From an uncultured Chloroflexia bacterium (GTDB lineage Bacteria; Chloroflexota; Limnocylindria; Limnocylindrales; CSP1-4): a stretch of 64,000 nt of DNA. Made by a program: the position numbers and the translations under genes. Position 1 is the stretch's first letter. Each line of letters opens with the position of its first letter. The notes beneath the pieces were generated by a model. It searched no databases. It saw only the letters and a program-made list of their open reading frames with translations, and was not told the origin of the DNA. Below are positions 22,027 to 32,264 of the stretch, piece after piece. Where the stretch lies: NCBI GenBank assembly GCA_963748625.1, contig CAVVJT010000010.1, positions 64,001-128,000 on the forward strand. Reading direction: 5' to 3'.

Positions 22027-23490
22027 ATGTTCGGAGTCCGGAGCCGGCTCGCCATCACGCTCGTGGCGCTCGTGGCGCTGACGGCCGGGATCATCGGCGT
22101 GGGAGCGTACCTCTTCGTGGAGACCTCGCTCCGGGCCGGCCTCATCGACGACGCGCGCCAGCAGGCCGACTTCAACCTCTCCGTCCTGCTGCCGGGCGCC
22201 GACCCGGCCCCATCGGACGCCCGCGACTTCGTCGCCAGTGGCCTCCCCGACGCCATGGGCCTGCGGGGTGACGCCCGGACCATCGCGGACTTCGGTGACG
22301 GCGTGCCGTACGAGCCGCAGGGCCTCGAGGGCGCCCTCGGGCAGATCGATGCCGACCTGCGGGCCGTGGTCGCCGGCGGCCGTCTCGGCTACGCCTGGCA
22401 GACGCTCGACGACCAGCCTGTCCTGGTCGTCGGCGGACGGCAGGGTGGCTACCCGGAGCTGTACTTCATCCACCCGGCGGCCACGCTGGAGGCCGCGCTT
22501 GCACAACTGCGGATCGCGCTCCTCGCCGGGTCTGCCGTGGCCATCGCGCTTGCGCTGATCGCCGCCGGCTTCATCGCCCGCGGGATCCTGCGGCCCGTCG
22601 CCGACGCCGGCCGCACCGCCCGCCGGATCGCCGGAGGCGACCTCTCGGCGCGCGTCCCTGTCCGCGGCCGCGACGAGTTGGGCCGCCTCGCCGTGGAGCT
22701 CAACCGGATGGCCGAGTCCCTCGAGTCCACCGTCGTGCGCCTCGAGGCCTCCCAGCAGCAGAACCGCGTGTTCGTCGCAGACGTCGCGCACGAGCTGCGG
22801 ACCCCGCTCACCGCCCTCACCGCCGAGGCGTCGCTCATCGAGTCACAGGCGGACGCCATGCCGCCCGAGGCACGCCGTGCCGCGCAGCTCCTGGCCGGCG
22901 ACGTCCGCCGGCTGCGGACGCTCGTGGACGACCTCCTGGAGATCTCCCGATTCGACGCAGGCGCTGAGGCGGCGGCGATCGGCCCCGTGGATCTGGTCCG
23001 CGTGGTGACCGCCGCGGTGGCTGCCCGCCTCCCGTCCGCCGTGGTGTCGGTCCCGGCGACGCCGCTGGTAGTCACCACCGATCCCCGCCGGCTCGACCGG
23101 ATCGTGGGCAACCTGCTCGACAACGCTCGAACCCACGCACCGGGCACGCCGGTGGAGGTCGCGCTCACGAGCACCCGCGACGGCGCCGTGGTCGTCGTTG
23201 CCGACCGGGGACCCGGCGTCCCGACCGAGGCCCTGGCGCATCTCTTCGAGCGGTTCTACACCGCGGATGCCGCACGAGCACGCGGCAGCGGGGGCCTGGG
23301 GCTCGCGATCGCGGCAGAACACGCGGCACTCATCGGCGGGACACTGCGGGCACGCGGACGGCCCGGCGGCGGACTGGTCTTCACGCTCACGATTCCTGTG
23401 ACCCGATCGTTACCGGAGGGCCATGCTCCCGATACAGGGGCGCTGGATGCTGGCGGCACATCGAACCCGCCAGCGAGGTCCACGTCATGA
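22027..23490 (+). CDS. HAMP-domain sensor histidine kinase
   Basis: 2 TMs, HAMP (DELGRLA), H-box DVAHELRTPL, NLLDNA, DRGPG, LFERFY, GLGLAI. Confidence 0.96.
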   Translation: MFGVRSRLAITLVALVALTAGIIGVGAYLFVETSLRAGLIDDARQQADFNLSVLLPGADPAPSDARDFVASGLPDAMGLRGDARTIADFGDGVPYEPQGLEGALGQIDADLRAVVAGGRLGYAWQTLDDQPVLVVGGRQGGYPELYFIHPAATLEAALAQLRIALLAGSAVAIALALIAAGFIARGILRPVADAGRTARRIAGGDLSARVPVRGRDELGRLAVELNRMAESLESTVVRLEASQQQNRVFVADVAHELRTPLTALTAEASLIESQADAMPPEARRAAQLLAGDVRRLRTLVDDLLEISRFDAGAEAAAIGPVDLVRVVTAAVAARLPSAVVSVPATPLVVTTDPRRLDRIVGNLLDNARTHAPGTPVEVALTSTRDGAVVVVADRGPGVPTEALAHLFERFYTADAARARGSGGLGLAIAAEHAALIGGTLRARGRPGGGLVFTLTIPVTRSLPEGHAPDTGALDAGGTSNPPARSTS

Positions 23491-24527
23491 TCCGCACGAC
23501 CTTCACCCGGCTCGGCGCCCTCGCCGTTGCCCTGCTCCTCGCGACCGCGGCCTGCACCCCGACCTCGGGCGCGCTCGGCACGCCATCCACGCCGCTCGCG
23601 AGCGAGATCCCCAGCGACCTCGCCCCCACCGACGTGCTCCCGGCGGCCAGCGCGACGGTCACCCCTTCGCCGACCGTCGGCACCTCCCCGACCGAGGCGC
23701 CGTCACCGTCCGCGGACCCGTCGTCGCCGGCGACACCCGCCGCGAGCCCATCCGCCACCGTCGCCCCGACAACGCCCCCCGCCGCCACGATGGTCGTGCG
23801 CGCCTACCTCGTGCTCGGCAGCTTCGAGGGCAACGAGGGCCTGGTCCCGGTCCTGCGCACCGTTCCAGAGACGAAGGCCGTCGCCAAGGCCGCCATGGAG
23901 GCGCTGCTCGCGGGTCCCGCGGGCGCCGAAGTGAACGCGACCCCCGCCCTCTACACCGCGATCCCCGACGGCACGCAGCTCAACGGCGTCACGATCGACA
24001 ACGGGGTCGCCACCGTGGACCTCTCGCCCGAGTTCGCGTCCGGCGGCGGCACCTACTCCGTCATGGCCCGCCTGGCCCAGGTGGTCTACACCCTTACCCA
24101 GTTCTCCGCCGTGGACAAGGTCCTGTTCGAGCTCGACGGCGAGCCCGTGACCACGTTCAGCAGCGAGGGCGTCATCCTCGATGGGCCGGTCGGCCGCGCG
24201 GACTACCGTGACATGCTGCCCGCGATCTTCGTGGACCGTCCGGCCTGGGGTGCATCCCTGGGCAACCCCGGGCGCGTGAGCGGCCTTGCCAACGTCTTCG
24301 AGGCCACCTTCCGCGTGGAGCTGCTCGACGCGAAGGGCACTGTCCTCGCCGACGAGCAGGTGATGGCCAGCTGTGGCACCGGCTGCTGGGGCACGTTCTC
24401 CGCGAGCCTGGCCTACGACGTGGCCAAGGCGCAGTACGGCACCTTGCGTGTCTTCGACTACTCCGCCAAGGACGGCACACCCGAGAACGTGACCGAGTAC
24501 AGGGTCTGGCTCACGCCCCGGAGTTGA
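23487..24527 (+). CDS. Lipoprotein with GerMN and Gmad2 Ig-like domains
   Basis: Lipobox-like TAAC, Pro/Thr/Ser linker, ALLAGP...VDLS...LAQVVYTLTQF, GLANVFEA; ATGA-coupled to the kinase. Confidence 0.88.
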   Translation: MIRTTFTRLGALAVALLLATAACTPTSGALGTPSTPLASEIPSDLAPTDVLPAASATVTPSPTVGTSPTEAPSPSADPSSPATPAASPSATVAPTTPPAATMVVRAYLVLGSFEGNEGLVPVLRTVPETKAVAKAAMEALLAGPAGAEVNATPALYTAIPDGTQLNGVTIDNGVATVDLSPEFASGGGTYSVMARLAQVVYTLTQFSAVDKVLFELDGEPVTTFSSEGVILDGPVGRADYRDMLPAIFVDRPAWGASLGNPGRVSGLANVFEATFRVELLDAKGTVLADEQVMASCGTGCWGTFSASLAYDVAKAQYGTLRVFDYSAKDGTPENVTEYRVWLTPRS

Positions 24528-24653
24528 CGGCCCACGCGAGCACACGCCGCCGGGTGACGGATGGGCGAGCTCCCGCCGCGGCGAACGCGTCGCGGGGCTA
24601 CCGCGCCGCTGGGGCCCATCGCGCTGGCGGCCCCGCCCGCAGGCGGCTCCCAA

Positions 24654-24782
24654 TCCCGCGTCGCGGGACTACCGGCGCACGGCACGCTGGTTCTCCCGCC
24701 TCGCGGGAGACCTGCTCGCCCCGATGCCGCCGCAAGCGACAACCGTCCCCTGCACCTGCGGACCTGTCGCGCCATGCGACAG
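24654..24782. other. Cluster of three short hairpins between convergent genes (REP-like or terminators)
   Basis: TCCCGCG-T-CGCGGGA (24654), TCTCCCGC-CTC-GCGGGAGA (24692), CTGTCGC-GCCAT-GCGACAG (24764). Confidence 0.55.
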
Positions 24783-24840
24783 TTGTCCGGCGGTTCGGGA
24801 ACGTGGGCTGGCAGACCCGGGCCGGGTACCCGGGCTGGGA

Positions 24841-24923
24841 ACCTGGGCAGGCAGGCGCGGGCCGGCAGACCTGGGCGGGCAGGCGCGGGCCGGCAGACCT
24901 GGGCGACAGGCGCTGGCCGGCAG
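24841..24923. repeat. 28-bp imperfect tandem repeat x3
   Basis: ACCTGGGC(A/G)GGCAGGCGCGGGCCGGCAG at 24841 and 24869; degenerate copy at 24897. Confidence 0.9.
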
Positions 24924-24970
24924 AAGGTGCGGTGCTGGAGCGGGCAACCAGAGCAACCCAGCGGGTCGCC

Positions 24971-25945
24971 CTAGCGGTACGAGGCGACTGCCGCGATCAC
25001 GAGGTCGGCGAACCCGGCCCGGTCGATGTCCAGGGCGACATCCACATTCGGGGTGATCCCCAGCATGGGGCGCCGGTCCACCACGGTCATCCCGCGCGTG
25101 ATGTCGCCGTTGACCTCGACGTCCACGCTGGACGGCTGGGTCGTGACGATGCCCGGCAGCGCGACGTGCGCCACGGCGACCGCATCGTGGATCGGCGTGT
25201 CCGCCACGCCGTAGTGCTCCAGGTGGTACTTGACGAAGAACCGCATCAGGTCCGCGAAGACCCGCCCGACCCGGTTGCCGATGGCGTCGAGCCGCTCGAT
25301 CTCCGGGTAGCCGAAGAGCGCCTTGTGGGTCACGTCCAGGCCGTGCATGGTGATCGGCAGGCCGCTGCGGAACACGATCCGCGCCGCCTCCGGGTCCACC
25401 CAGATGTTGAACTCGGCTGCGGGCGTCCAGTTGCCGTGGACCATGCCGCCGCCCATCAGGCTGATCTGCCCGATCCTCGGGGCGATCCCCGGATAGGTGC
25501 GCAGGAGCCGCGCGATGTTGGTCAGGGGCCCCACCGGGATCAGGGTCACGGGCTCCGGCGACGCGTCGAGGGTGGCGCGCAGGAACTCCAGGGCGCCTTC
25601 GGGGCGCGGCGTGCTCTCGGGCTCCGGCAGATCGGCGCCGTCGAGGCCGCTCACACCGTGCACTGCAGTGGCTGTCTCGAGCGGCCGCACCAGCGGGTCC
25701 GGGGACCCGGCGGCCACCGGCACGTCCGTCCGTCCGAGCAGTGCCAGGATCCGCAGCGCGTTGCGGGTGGTGTTCTCGAGCGTGGCGTTGCCACCGACGG
25801 TGGTGATGCCCAGGACGTCGAGCTCCGGCCGGGCCAGTGCGAGGGTGATGGCGAGGGCGTCATCGTGCCCGGGGTCGCAGTCGATGATGACGGGAATGGG
25901 GGTGTCGGCCGCTGCAACGTCGGCTGCGGTGCCGCCGGTGGTCAT
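24971..25945 (-). CDS. Nucleoside hydrolase (IU-NH/RihA-like)
   Basis: IIDCDPGHDDA, VHGVSGL, GPLTNIA, GNWTPAAEFNIWVDPEAA, GLDVT, PIHDAVA. Confidence 0.95.
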   Translation of the reverse strand: MTTGGTAADVAAADTPIPVIIDCDPGHDDALAITLALARPELDVLGITTVGGNATLENTTRNALRILALLGRTDVPVAAGSPDPLVRPLETATAVHGVSGLDGADLPEPESTPRPEGALEFLRATLDASPEPVTLIPVGPLTNIARLLRTYPGIAPRIGQISLMGGGMVHGNWTPAAEFNIWVDPEAARIVFRSGLPITMHGLDVTHKALFGYPEIERLDAIGNRVGRVFADLMRFFVKYHLEHYGVADTPIHDAVAVAHVALPGIVTTQPSSVDVEVNGDITRGMTVVDRRPMLGITPNVDVALDIDRAGFADLVIAAVASYR

Positions 25946-26991
25946 GGGAGCCTCGCAAACGCATCGACAAGAAGCCGCTCGAAGCGGGCGCGGTCGATGA
26001 CGATGCCGACATCCGCGTTGGGCATCCGCCTGTCGCGCCGGAGCCGGTACGGCAGGCCGTCGCAGACAGTCCGGCCGCGGGCGGGGCCGTTCGTGATGTC
26101 CACCTCCACGTGGTACGGCGCCACGGCGACGAGCTCCGGGACCATCAGGTGGGCGACCGCCACGGCATCGTGGATTGCGGTGGTCGCGGCGCCGGACCAT
26201 TCGAGGTTGCGGTCCAGGGCGTAGTCGGTGAGCTCCGCGGCGATCGCGCCGGACGCCGTGCCTGTTGCCCTGAGCGCCTGCGCCGCAGCCCGGTCAAGCA
26301 GCGCCTGGTGCGTGACGTCCAGGCCGATCATGGTGATCGGGACGCCCGATCGGAAGACGACATCGGCCGCCTCCGGGTCGGCGACCACGTTGAACTCCGC
26401 TGAGGCGGTGGTGTTCCCCTCCCCGATGGATCCGCCCATCAGGCAGATGTGCGCGATCTTCCCGGTGAGCTGCGGGTACAGCCGCAGCAGCAGCGCGATG
26501 TTGGTGAGCGGCCCGATCGGCGCGATCGCCACCGGCTCGGGCGACGCCGCGAGAAGACGCGCCATGAGCGCGACGGCGCCTTCCGGTAGCGCCCGGTTCG
26601 GCGAGGGCGGAAGGACTGTGTCCCCGATCCCGCTCTCGCCGTGGACCTCGGTTGCCCGCACGACCGACCCGAGCAGGGCGCCGGCCGCACCCTCGGCCAC
26701 AGGGACGTCGTCCCGTCCGTAGGCATGGAGGAGGCGGAGCGCGTTCTCGGTGCAGTGCGTCACGTCCGCGTTGCCGCCCACGGTGGTCACTCCGAGCAGC
26801 CGGATCTCCGGACTGGCGCACGCAAGGCCGATGGCCAGGGCGTCATCAAGGCCGGGGTCGCTGTCGATGATCAGCGGGATCGGCCGGTCCACCGTCCCGT
26901 AGGGTGCCGTGCGCGCGCCGGCGCCGGCCTTGTGGTAGGTGGGGACCGCGTGAACCGGTCCCCAGTCCTCCACGTTGTAGCCCGCGCTCAC
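25942..26991 (-). CDS. Nucleoside hydrolase (IU-NH family), second paralog
   Basis: IIDSDPGLDDA, VHGESG, GPLTNIA, AEFNVVADPEAA, AIHDAVA. Confidence 0.95.
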   Translation of the reverse strand: MSAGYNVEDWGPVHAVPTYHKAGAGARTAPYGTVDRPIPLIIDSDPGLDDALAIGLACASPEIRLLGVTTVGGNADVTHCTENALRLLHAYGRDDVPVAEGAAGALLGSVVRATEVHGESGIGDTVLPPSPNRALPEGAVALMARLLAASPEPVAIAPIGPLTNIALLLRLYPQLTGKIAHICLMGGSIGEGNTTASAEFNVVADPEAADVVFRSGVPITMIGLDVTHQALLDRAAAQALRATGTASGAIAAELTDYALDRNLEWSGAATTAIHDAVAVAHLMVPELVAVAPYHVEVDITNGPARGRTVCDGLPYRLRRDRRMPNADVGIVIDRARFERLLVDAFARLP

Positions 26992-26993
26992 CC

Positions 26994-28307
26994 CTAGCCC
27001 TGGTCGTACGGCTGGCCGGCGGCGGCGGGACCGCGGACGCGGCCGACGACACCTGCGACCACGATGATCGTGACCACGTACGGGAGGCTGTTGAGCAGCT
27101 GCGGCGGGACGTCCACGCCCAAGGCGGAGAGCAGCGTCTGTGCGTTGTCCGCGAAGGCGAACACCATCGCCGCACCGAATGCGTAGATCGGGTTCCAGGC
27201 GCCGAAGATCACCGCGGCCAGGGCGATGAATCCGCGCCCGGCGGACATCTGCATCTGGAACGATCCGGCGGACGCGAGGCTCAGCGAGGAGCCGGCGACG
27301 CCCGCCATCAGGCCAGCGATCAGGAGCGCCCGGTAGCGGATCTTGACGACATCGATGCCGACCGTGCCCGCTGCGGACGGCTTCTCGCCCGATGCCCGGA
27401 GACGGAGACCCCAGCGCGTCCGGTACAGGTAGTACGCGAACACGATCATGACCGTCACCGCGAGGTACAGGTACGGGGAGCCCGAGAAGAGGATGGGACC
27501 CAGGACCGGGAGCTCCGAGAGGACCGGGATCTTGATCGCCTCGACGGTGGGCGGGGTGTTGAGCTGCGTGTTCCTGGTGAGGATGCGCAGGAAGATGAAG
27601 TTGGTGATGCCGACGGCACCGATGTTGATCACGATGCCGGCGATGATCTGGTCAACCTTCCAGCGGATGCCCAGCCAGGCGAGCAGGAGCGCGACGCCGG
27701 CGCCGGCGATCGCCGCCGCGCCGACGCCGGCGAGGACGCCGATCGTCGGGTTCGCATCCTCGCCCAGGACGAGCATCACGACCGAGGCTGCGACGGACGC
27801 CACGCACGCGCCGATGAGCAGCTTGCCCTCGATCGCGATGTTGTTGATGCCCGACCGCTCCGAGATGATGCCGGCGAAGGCACCGAGCGCGATCGGGGCC
27901 GCAAGGTTCAGCGTGCCGCCGAGGACGCCGGTCATGTTCGCCACCGTGCCGGACAGCAGTGCGGCCAGCGCCGCCACCACCCAGAACGGGACCACGATGA
28001 GCAGCGCACGGCGCCACGGGAACGACGCGCCCCGCGCGAGCTGGACGAGGCCCACGCCGATCGTGACCAGGGCCGTCACGAGCCAGATCAAGCCGACCGT
28101 CGTCTCCAGGGTCAGGGCGTCCCCACCCTGCTTCTGGATCCAGAACTTGAAGGTCGCGGGCACGTCGAACGTGCCGAACGCGGCATAGAGGGCGTAGAAG
28201 CCGAGCAGGGCGATGACCACCCCGCGCAGCCGGGCGTTCCGGAGTGCGCGCTTCTCCCCGGCGGACATCACGTTGACCTGCTCTGCAGTGGGATTGGCGG
28301 CGCTCAT
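26994..28307 (-). CDS. Nucleoside ABC transporter permease (NupC/YufQ type)
   Basis: SERSGINNIAIEG, GLRLRASGEKP, GRGFIALAAVIFGAWNP. Confidence 0.92.
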   Translation of the reverse strand: MSAANPTAEQVNVMSAGEKRALRNARLRGVVIALLGFYALYAAFGTFDVPATFKFWIQKQGGDALTLETTVGLIWLVTALVTIGVGLVQLARGASFPWRRALLIVVPFWVVAALAALLSGTVANMTGVLGGTLNLAAPIALGAFAGIISERSGINNIAIEGKLLIGACVASVAASVVMLVLGEDANPTIGVLAGVGAAAIAGAGVALLLAWLGIRWKVDQIIAGIVINIGAVGITNFIFLRILTRNTQLNTPPTVEAIKIPVLSELPVLGPILFSGSPYLYLAVTVMIVFAYYLYRTRWGLRLRASGEKPSAAGTVGIDVVKIRYRALLIAGLMAGVAGSSLSLASAGSFQMQMSAGRGFIALAAVIFGAWNPIYAFGAAMVFAFADNAQTLLSALGVDVPPQLLNSLPYVVTIIVVAGVVGRVRGPAAAGQPYDQG

Positions 28308-29515
28308 GCTGCGCTCCCCTCACCCGCGGAGGGGTCCTTCTTCTTGCCCCACGGGACCCGCGTGTCATCGAAGCGGTAGAGCACCCGCACGAGGCCGGGG
28401 GCCGCCACGAACATGATCACGAGGGCCTGGATGAACACGAGGAGGTCAAGCGGAATCCCGGTCTTGACCTGCATCAAGCCGCCGCCGGATCTCAACGCTC
28501 CGAAGAGCAGCGAGGCGGCCACGATTCCTGCTGGCCGGTTGCCGGCGAGCAGGGCCAGGGCGATGGCGTTGAACCCGAAGCCCGAGCTGATGTCGTTGGA
28601 CATCTGCGGGACGGTGCCCAGCACCTCCATCGAGCCGCCGAGGCCCGCGAGGCCACCCGAGAGGCTCATGGCCAGGATGATCGAGCCACTGGCGCTCATG
28701 CCTGCGTACTTGGCCGCGAACATGTTGAAGCCCGATGCCCGCAGCTCGTAGCCCTTGGTCGTCTTGAACAGGAACCAGGACACGATCGCGGCCATCACCA
28801 GGGCGACGATGAACCCGTAGTGGAGCCGGAGCGCTGCACCCGTCCCCAGGTCGATGATCAGCGGCACCCGGACGAAGTCCGAGAGGACCTTCGAGATCGG
28901 CTGGCCGGTGCCCTCCAGGCGGAGGAAGTCGCTGCGCAGGCCGAAGAGCACGATCTGGGCCGCGACGTAGTTGAGCATGATGGTCGTGATGACCTCGGAC
29001 GCGCCCGTCTTGGCCTTGAGCACACCCGGGATGAAGCCCCAGAAGGCGCCCGTGAGGACGCCGGCGAGGGTGGATGCGATCAGGATCACGGGGCCGGGCG
29101 AACCCTTGAGCGCGATCGCCATGACCGTGGCCCCGAACGCGCCGAGGACGAACTGGCCCTCGACGCCGATGTTGAACACGCCTGACCGGAACGAGATCGC
29201 CACGCCGAGGCCGCAGAAGATCAGCGGGGTCGCGGCGACCAGGGACTCAGTGATGGGCCGCAGGGCTGCGGCCACCTTGCGCGTGGATGGGTCGCCGAAC
29301 GCGGCAACGAACTTGGCCGGGTCGCCGAGGGCGCCGATCACCATCGAGGTGTAGGCGTTGGCGATGGTGCCCAAGGCACCGCCAATCGCGCCGAGCGGGT
29401 CGGTCCCGAGCTTGGAGAGGTTCTCGAAGTCGGTGATCAGGATGAAGATCGACCCGACGAGGAACGCGGTGACGATGGCGAGGATCGGGACCAGGAGCGG
29501 CTTGATGCGTCTCAA
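28304..29515 (-). CDS. Nucleoside ABC transporter permease (NupB/YufP type)
   Basis: GVFNIGVEGQ, EVITTIMLNY, GYELRASG, GFGFNAIALALL. Confidence 0.92.
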   Translation of the reverse strand: MRRIKPLLVPILAIVTAFLVGSIFILITDFENLSKLGTDPLGAIGGALGTIANAYTSMVIGALGDPAKFVAAFGDPSTRKVAAALRPITESLVAATPLIFCGLGVAISFRSGVFNIGVEGQFVLGAFGATVMAIALKGSPGPVILIASTLAGVLTGAFWGFIPGVLKAKTGASEVITTIMLNYVAAQIVLFGLRSDFLRLEGTGQPISKVLSDFVRVPLIIDLGTGAALRLHYGFIVALVMAAIVSWFLFKTTKGYELRASGFNMFAAKYAGMSASGSIILAMSLSGGLAGLGGSMEVLGTVPQMSNDISSGFGFNAIALALLAGNRPAGIVAASLLFGALRSGGGLMQVKTGIPLDLLVFIQALVIMFVAAPGLVRVLYRFDDTRVPWGKKKDPSAGEGSAA

Positions 29516-31017
29516 TGGACGCCTCCCATCAGCATGCCGACCTTCTCGTAGGTGGCGTCCTCGCCCTCCACGATGCCCACGATCTTGCCTCCCTGCATGA
29601 CCGCGACCCGGTCACCGACGGCGAGCACCTCCTCGAGCTCGGTGCTCACGATCAGCACGGCAGCGCCCTGGTCGCGCTGCTCCACCATCCGCTTGTGGAT
29701 GTACTCGATCGAGCCGACGTCCAGGCCGCGGGTGGGCTGGGATGCGACGACCAGCTTCACCGGGCGGCTGAACTCGCGCGCGACGACCACCTTCTGCTGG
29801 TTGCCACCCGACAGCGAGCCCGCGAAGGTCTCGATCGACGGTGTCCGGACGTCGTAGTTTGCGACAGCGGTCTCCGCCCCGGCCACGATGGCCTTGCGGT
29901 CGAGCCGCATGCCCTTGCTGTAGGGCTCGCGGTGGTACGTGTCGAGGATGAAGTTCTCGGCCACGGTCATCGCCCCGATCAGGCCGTCGCGCATCCGGTC
30001 CTCGGGCACGTGGGCAACGCCCAGGTCGCTCACCGTACGGGGCGACGCCTTCGTGGTGTCCTCACCGTCGATGGTGATCGTGCCGGACTCGACCGCACGG
30101 AGGCCCACGATGGCCTCGACGAGCTCGGTCTGCCCGTTGCCCTGCACGCCCGCGAGGGCGACGATCTCGCCTGCCCGCAGGTCGAGCGACACGCCCCTGA
30201 CCGCCATGTGCTCGCGGTCGTCGCGGACGTGGAGGTCCTTGATCGAGAGGATGACGTCCCTGGGGTCCGCGGGGCCCTTGACCACCTTGAGCTCCACGTC
30301 GCGGCCGACCATCAGGTTCGCCAGCAGCTCGCGGGTCGCCGTCTTGGGATTCGCGGTCCCGGCAACCTTGCCCCGTCGCAGGACCGTGATGTCGTCCGCG
30401 ACCTCGAGGACCTCGTTGAGCTTGTGGGTGATGAAGATGACCGTGGTGCCGGCGGCGGCGAGGCCGCGGATGATGCCGAACAGCTCCTCGGTCTCGAAGG
30501 GGGTGAGGACGGCGGACGGCTCGTCCAGCACCAGGATGTCGCTATGGCGGTAGAGCGCCTTGAGGATCTCCACCCGTTGGCGCACGCCCACGGGGAGGTC
30601 CTCGATCTTCGCGTCGGGGTTGACGTTGAGGTTGTACTGGGTGGAGAGGTCCATGACCTTCTGGCGCGCGACCTTGCGGTTGAACGTGCCGACCGGCCCG
30701 GAGACGTCCTCTGCGCCCAGGGCCACCGCCTCGACGACGTCGAAGACGGGGACGAGCTGGAAGTGCTGGTGGACCATGCCGATGCCCGCCTGGATCGCCT
30801 GGCGGGGGTCGTGGAAGGTGTGGGGGGTCCCGTCGATGATGATCTCGCCCGAGTCCGGCCGGTACAGGCCCGACAGGATGTTCATCAGCGTGCTCTTGCC
30901 GGCCCCGTTCTCCCCCAGCAGGCCGAGGACCTCCCCCCGGTCAGCCGAGATCGAGATCCGGTCGTTGGCGAGAACGCCCGGGAAGCGCTTCGTGATGTCC
31001 TTGAGCTCGAGGCGCAT
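29512..31017 (-). CDS. Nucleoside/sugar ABC ATPase, tandem domains (NupA type)
   Basis: GENGAGKST, GMVHQHF, LDEP, AGVQGNGQ, LSGGNQQK, QPTRGLD. Confidence 0.95.
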   Translation of the reverse strand: MRLELKDITKRFPGVLANDRISISADRGEVLGLLGENGAGKSTLMNILSGLYRPDSGEIIIDGTPHTFHDPRQAIQAGIGMVHQHFQLVPVFDVVEAVALGAEDVSGPVGTFNRKVARQKVMDLSTQYNLNVNPDAKIEDLPVGVRQRVEILKALYRHSDILVLDEPSAVLTPFETEELFGIIRGLAAAGTTVIFITHKLNEVLEVADDITVLRRGKVAGTANPKTATRELLANLMVGRDVELKVVKGPADPRDVILSIKDLHVRDDREHMAVRGVSLDLRAGEIVALAGVQGNGQTELVEAIVGLRAVESGTITIDGEDTTKASPRTVSDLGVAHVPEDRMRDGLIGAMTVAENFILDTYHREPYSKGMRLDRKAIVAGAETAVANYDVRTPSIETFAGSLSGGNQQKVVVAREFSRPVKLVVASQPTRGLDVGSIEYIHKRMVEQRDQGAAVLIVSTELEEVLAVGDRVAVMQGGKIVGIVEGEDATYEKVGMLMGGVH

Positions 31018-31046
31018 GGACCCCTCTCCCACCTTGCGATAAGCGA

Positions 31047-31079
31047 CCGCCCGCCCCCGGAGAGTCCGAGGGCGGGCGG
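31047..31079 (-). terminator. Intercistronic stem-loop after BMP gene 1
   Basis: CCGCCCGCCC-c-CGGA-gag-TCCG-a-GGGCGGGCGG; no U-tract. Confidence 0.6.
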
Positions 31080-31112
31080 AACGGTGCTACGTGGTGAGCG
31101 ACCGACTACTGC

Positions 31113-32264
31113 TTACTTGTAGTCGTTGATGTTGATGGCGCCGGACGCGATGTCCGCCTGCAGCTTCTCGGCCGCAGCGAGCAGCTCCGGGGAGACCGCG
31201 GCCTCGAGCTCGTGGAACGGGGAGATCGCAACGCCACCGTTGGCCAGGGTGCCGACGAAGTTCTCGCCACCCATGTCGCCACCGGCGTTCTTCTTGATGA
31301 CCTCGAGGACCGCGACGTCGATCCGCTTCTCGGACGAGGTCAGGATCGCCGACGCGAACTCGGGCAGGGTGAGCGCCTGGTCGGAGTCGACGCCGATCGC
31401 CCACTTGCCGGCCGCGGCCATGGCCTTGAGGGTGCCGTTGCCGGTGGAGCCGGCGACCGGGTGGACGATGTCCGCGCCCTGGTCCATGAAGGTCTGCGCC
31501 AGCTGCTCGCCCTTGGCGGGGTCACCCCAGGGGTTGTCGCCGCCGACGAAGGTGCCGGTCTGGTTCTTGGCATCCCAGCCGAGGACCTTGACGTCCGTGC
31601 TGTTCTGCTCGTTGTAGATGTTGGCGCCCTCGACGAGGCCGTCCATGAAGCGGGTCACGCCGGGGAACTGGGCGCCGCCGTACGTCGCGAGGACGCCGGT
31701 CTTGCTGACGCCGGAGGCAATGTAGCCTGCGACCGCGGAGGCCTCATCGATCTGGAAGTCCAGGCCGGTGAAGTTGGCGGGCGTCGGGCCGTTGGTCGCC
31801 TCGTCCCAGGTCGCGTCGACCTGCGCGAAGGCGATGTCCGTGTTGGCGAGCGTCGCCTCGACGGTCGCCTGGCCCTGGGTGAAGCCCACGGTGACGATCG
31901 ACTGGCAGCCCTCGTCGATGAGGCGCTGGATGTTCGCGGCGTAGTCCGTCGCGCCGGAGGCCTCGGCGTAGGCAACCGTGTAGCCGGCAGCCTCGGCGTC
32001 CTTGAGGCCCTTCATGGCCAGGTCGTTGAAGCCCTTGTCGCCAAGGCCGCCCGTGTCGAACGCCACGCACGCCTTGTAGTCGGCCATGGGCTCTTCGGTC
32101 GCAACCGGAGCCTCGGTGACCGCGGGAGCCTCCGTGGCCATGGGGGCCTCGGTGGCAGCCGGCGCCTCAGTGGCCGGAGCCGGAGTGGCGGCGGACCCAC
32201 CGCACGCCGCGAGGACAATGGCCGACGCCGCACCGAGGGCGAACAGCCGCTTGGAAACCTGCAA
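31113..32264 (-). CDS. BMP-family (PnrA/TmpC) nucleoside-binding lipoprotein
   Basis: AGGAGG followed by a TTG start at 32264, lipobox LAAC, TEAP repeats, DTGGLGDKGFN, AIGVDSDQ. Confidence 0.92.
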   Translation of the reverse strand: MQVSKRLFALGAASAIVLAACGGSAATPAPATEAPAATEAPMATEAPAVTEAPVATEEPMADYKACVAFDTGGLGDKGFNDLAMKGLKDAEAAGYTVAYAEASGATDYAANIQRLIDEGCQSIVTVGFTQGQATVEATLANTDIAFAQVDATWDEATNGPTPANFTGLDFQIDEASAVAGYIASGVSKTGVLATYGGAQFPGVTRFMDGLVEGANIYNEQNSTDVKVLGWDAKNQTGTFVGGDNPWGDPAKGEQLAQTFMDQGADIVHPVAGSTGNGTLKAMAAAGKWAIGVDSDQALTLPEFASAILTSSEKRIDVAVLEVIKKNAGGDMGGENFVGTLANGGVAISPFHELEAAVSPELLAAAEKLQADIASGAININDYK

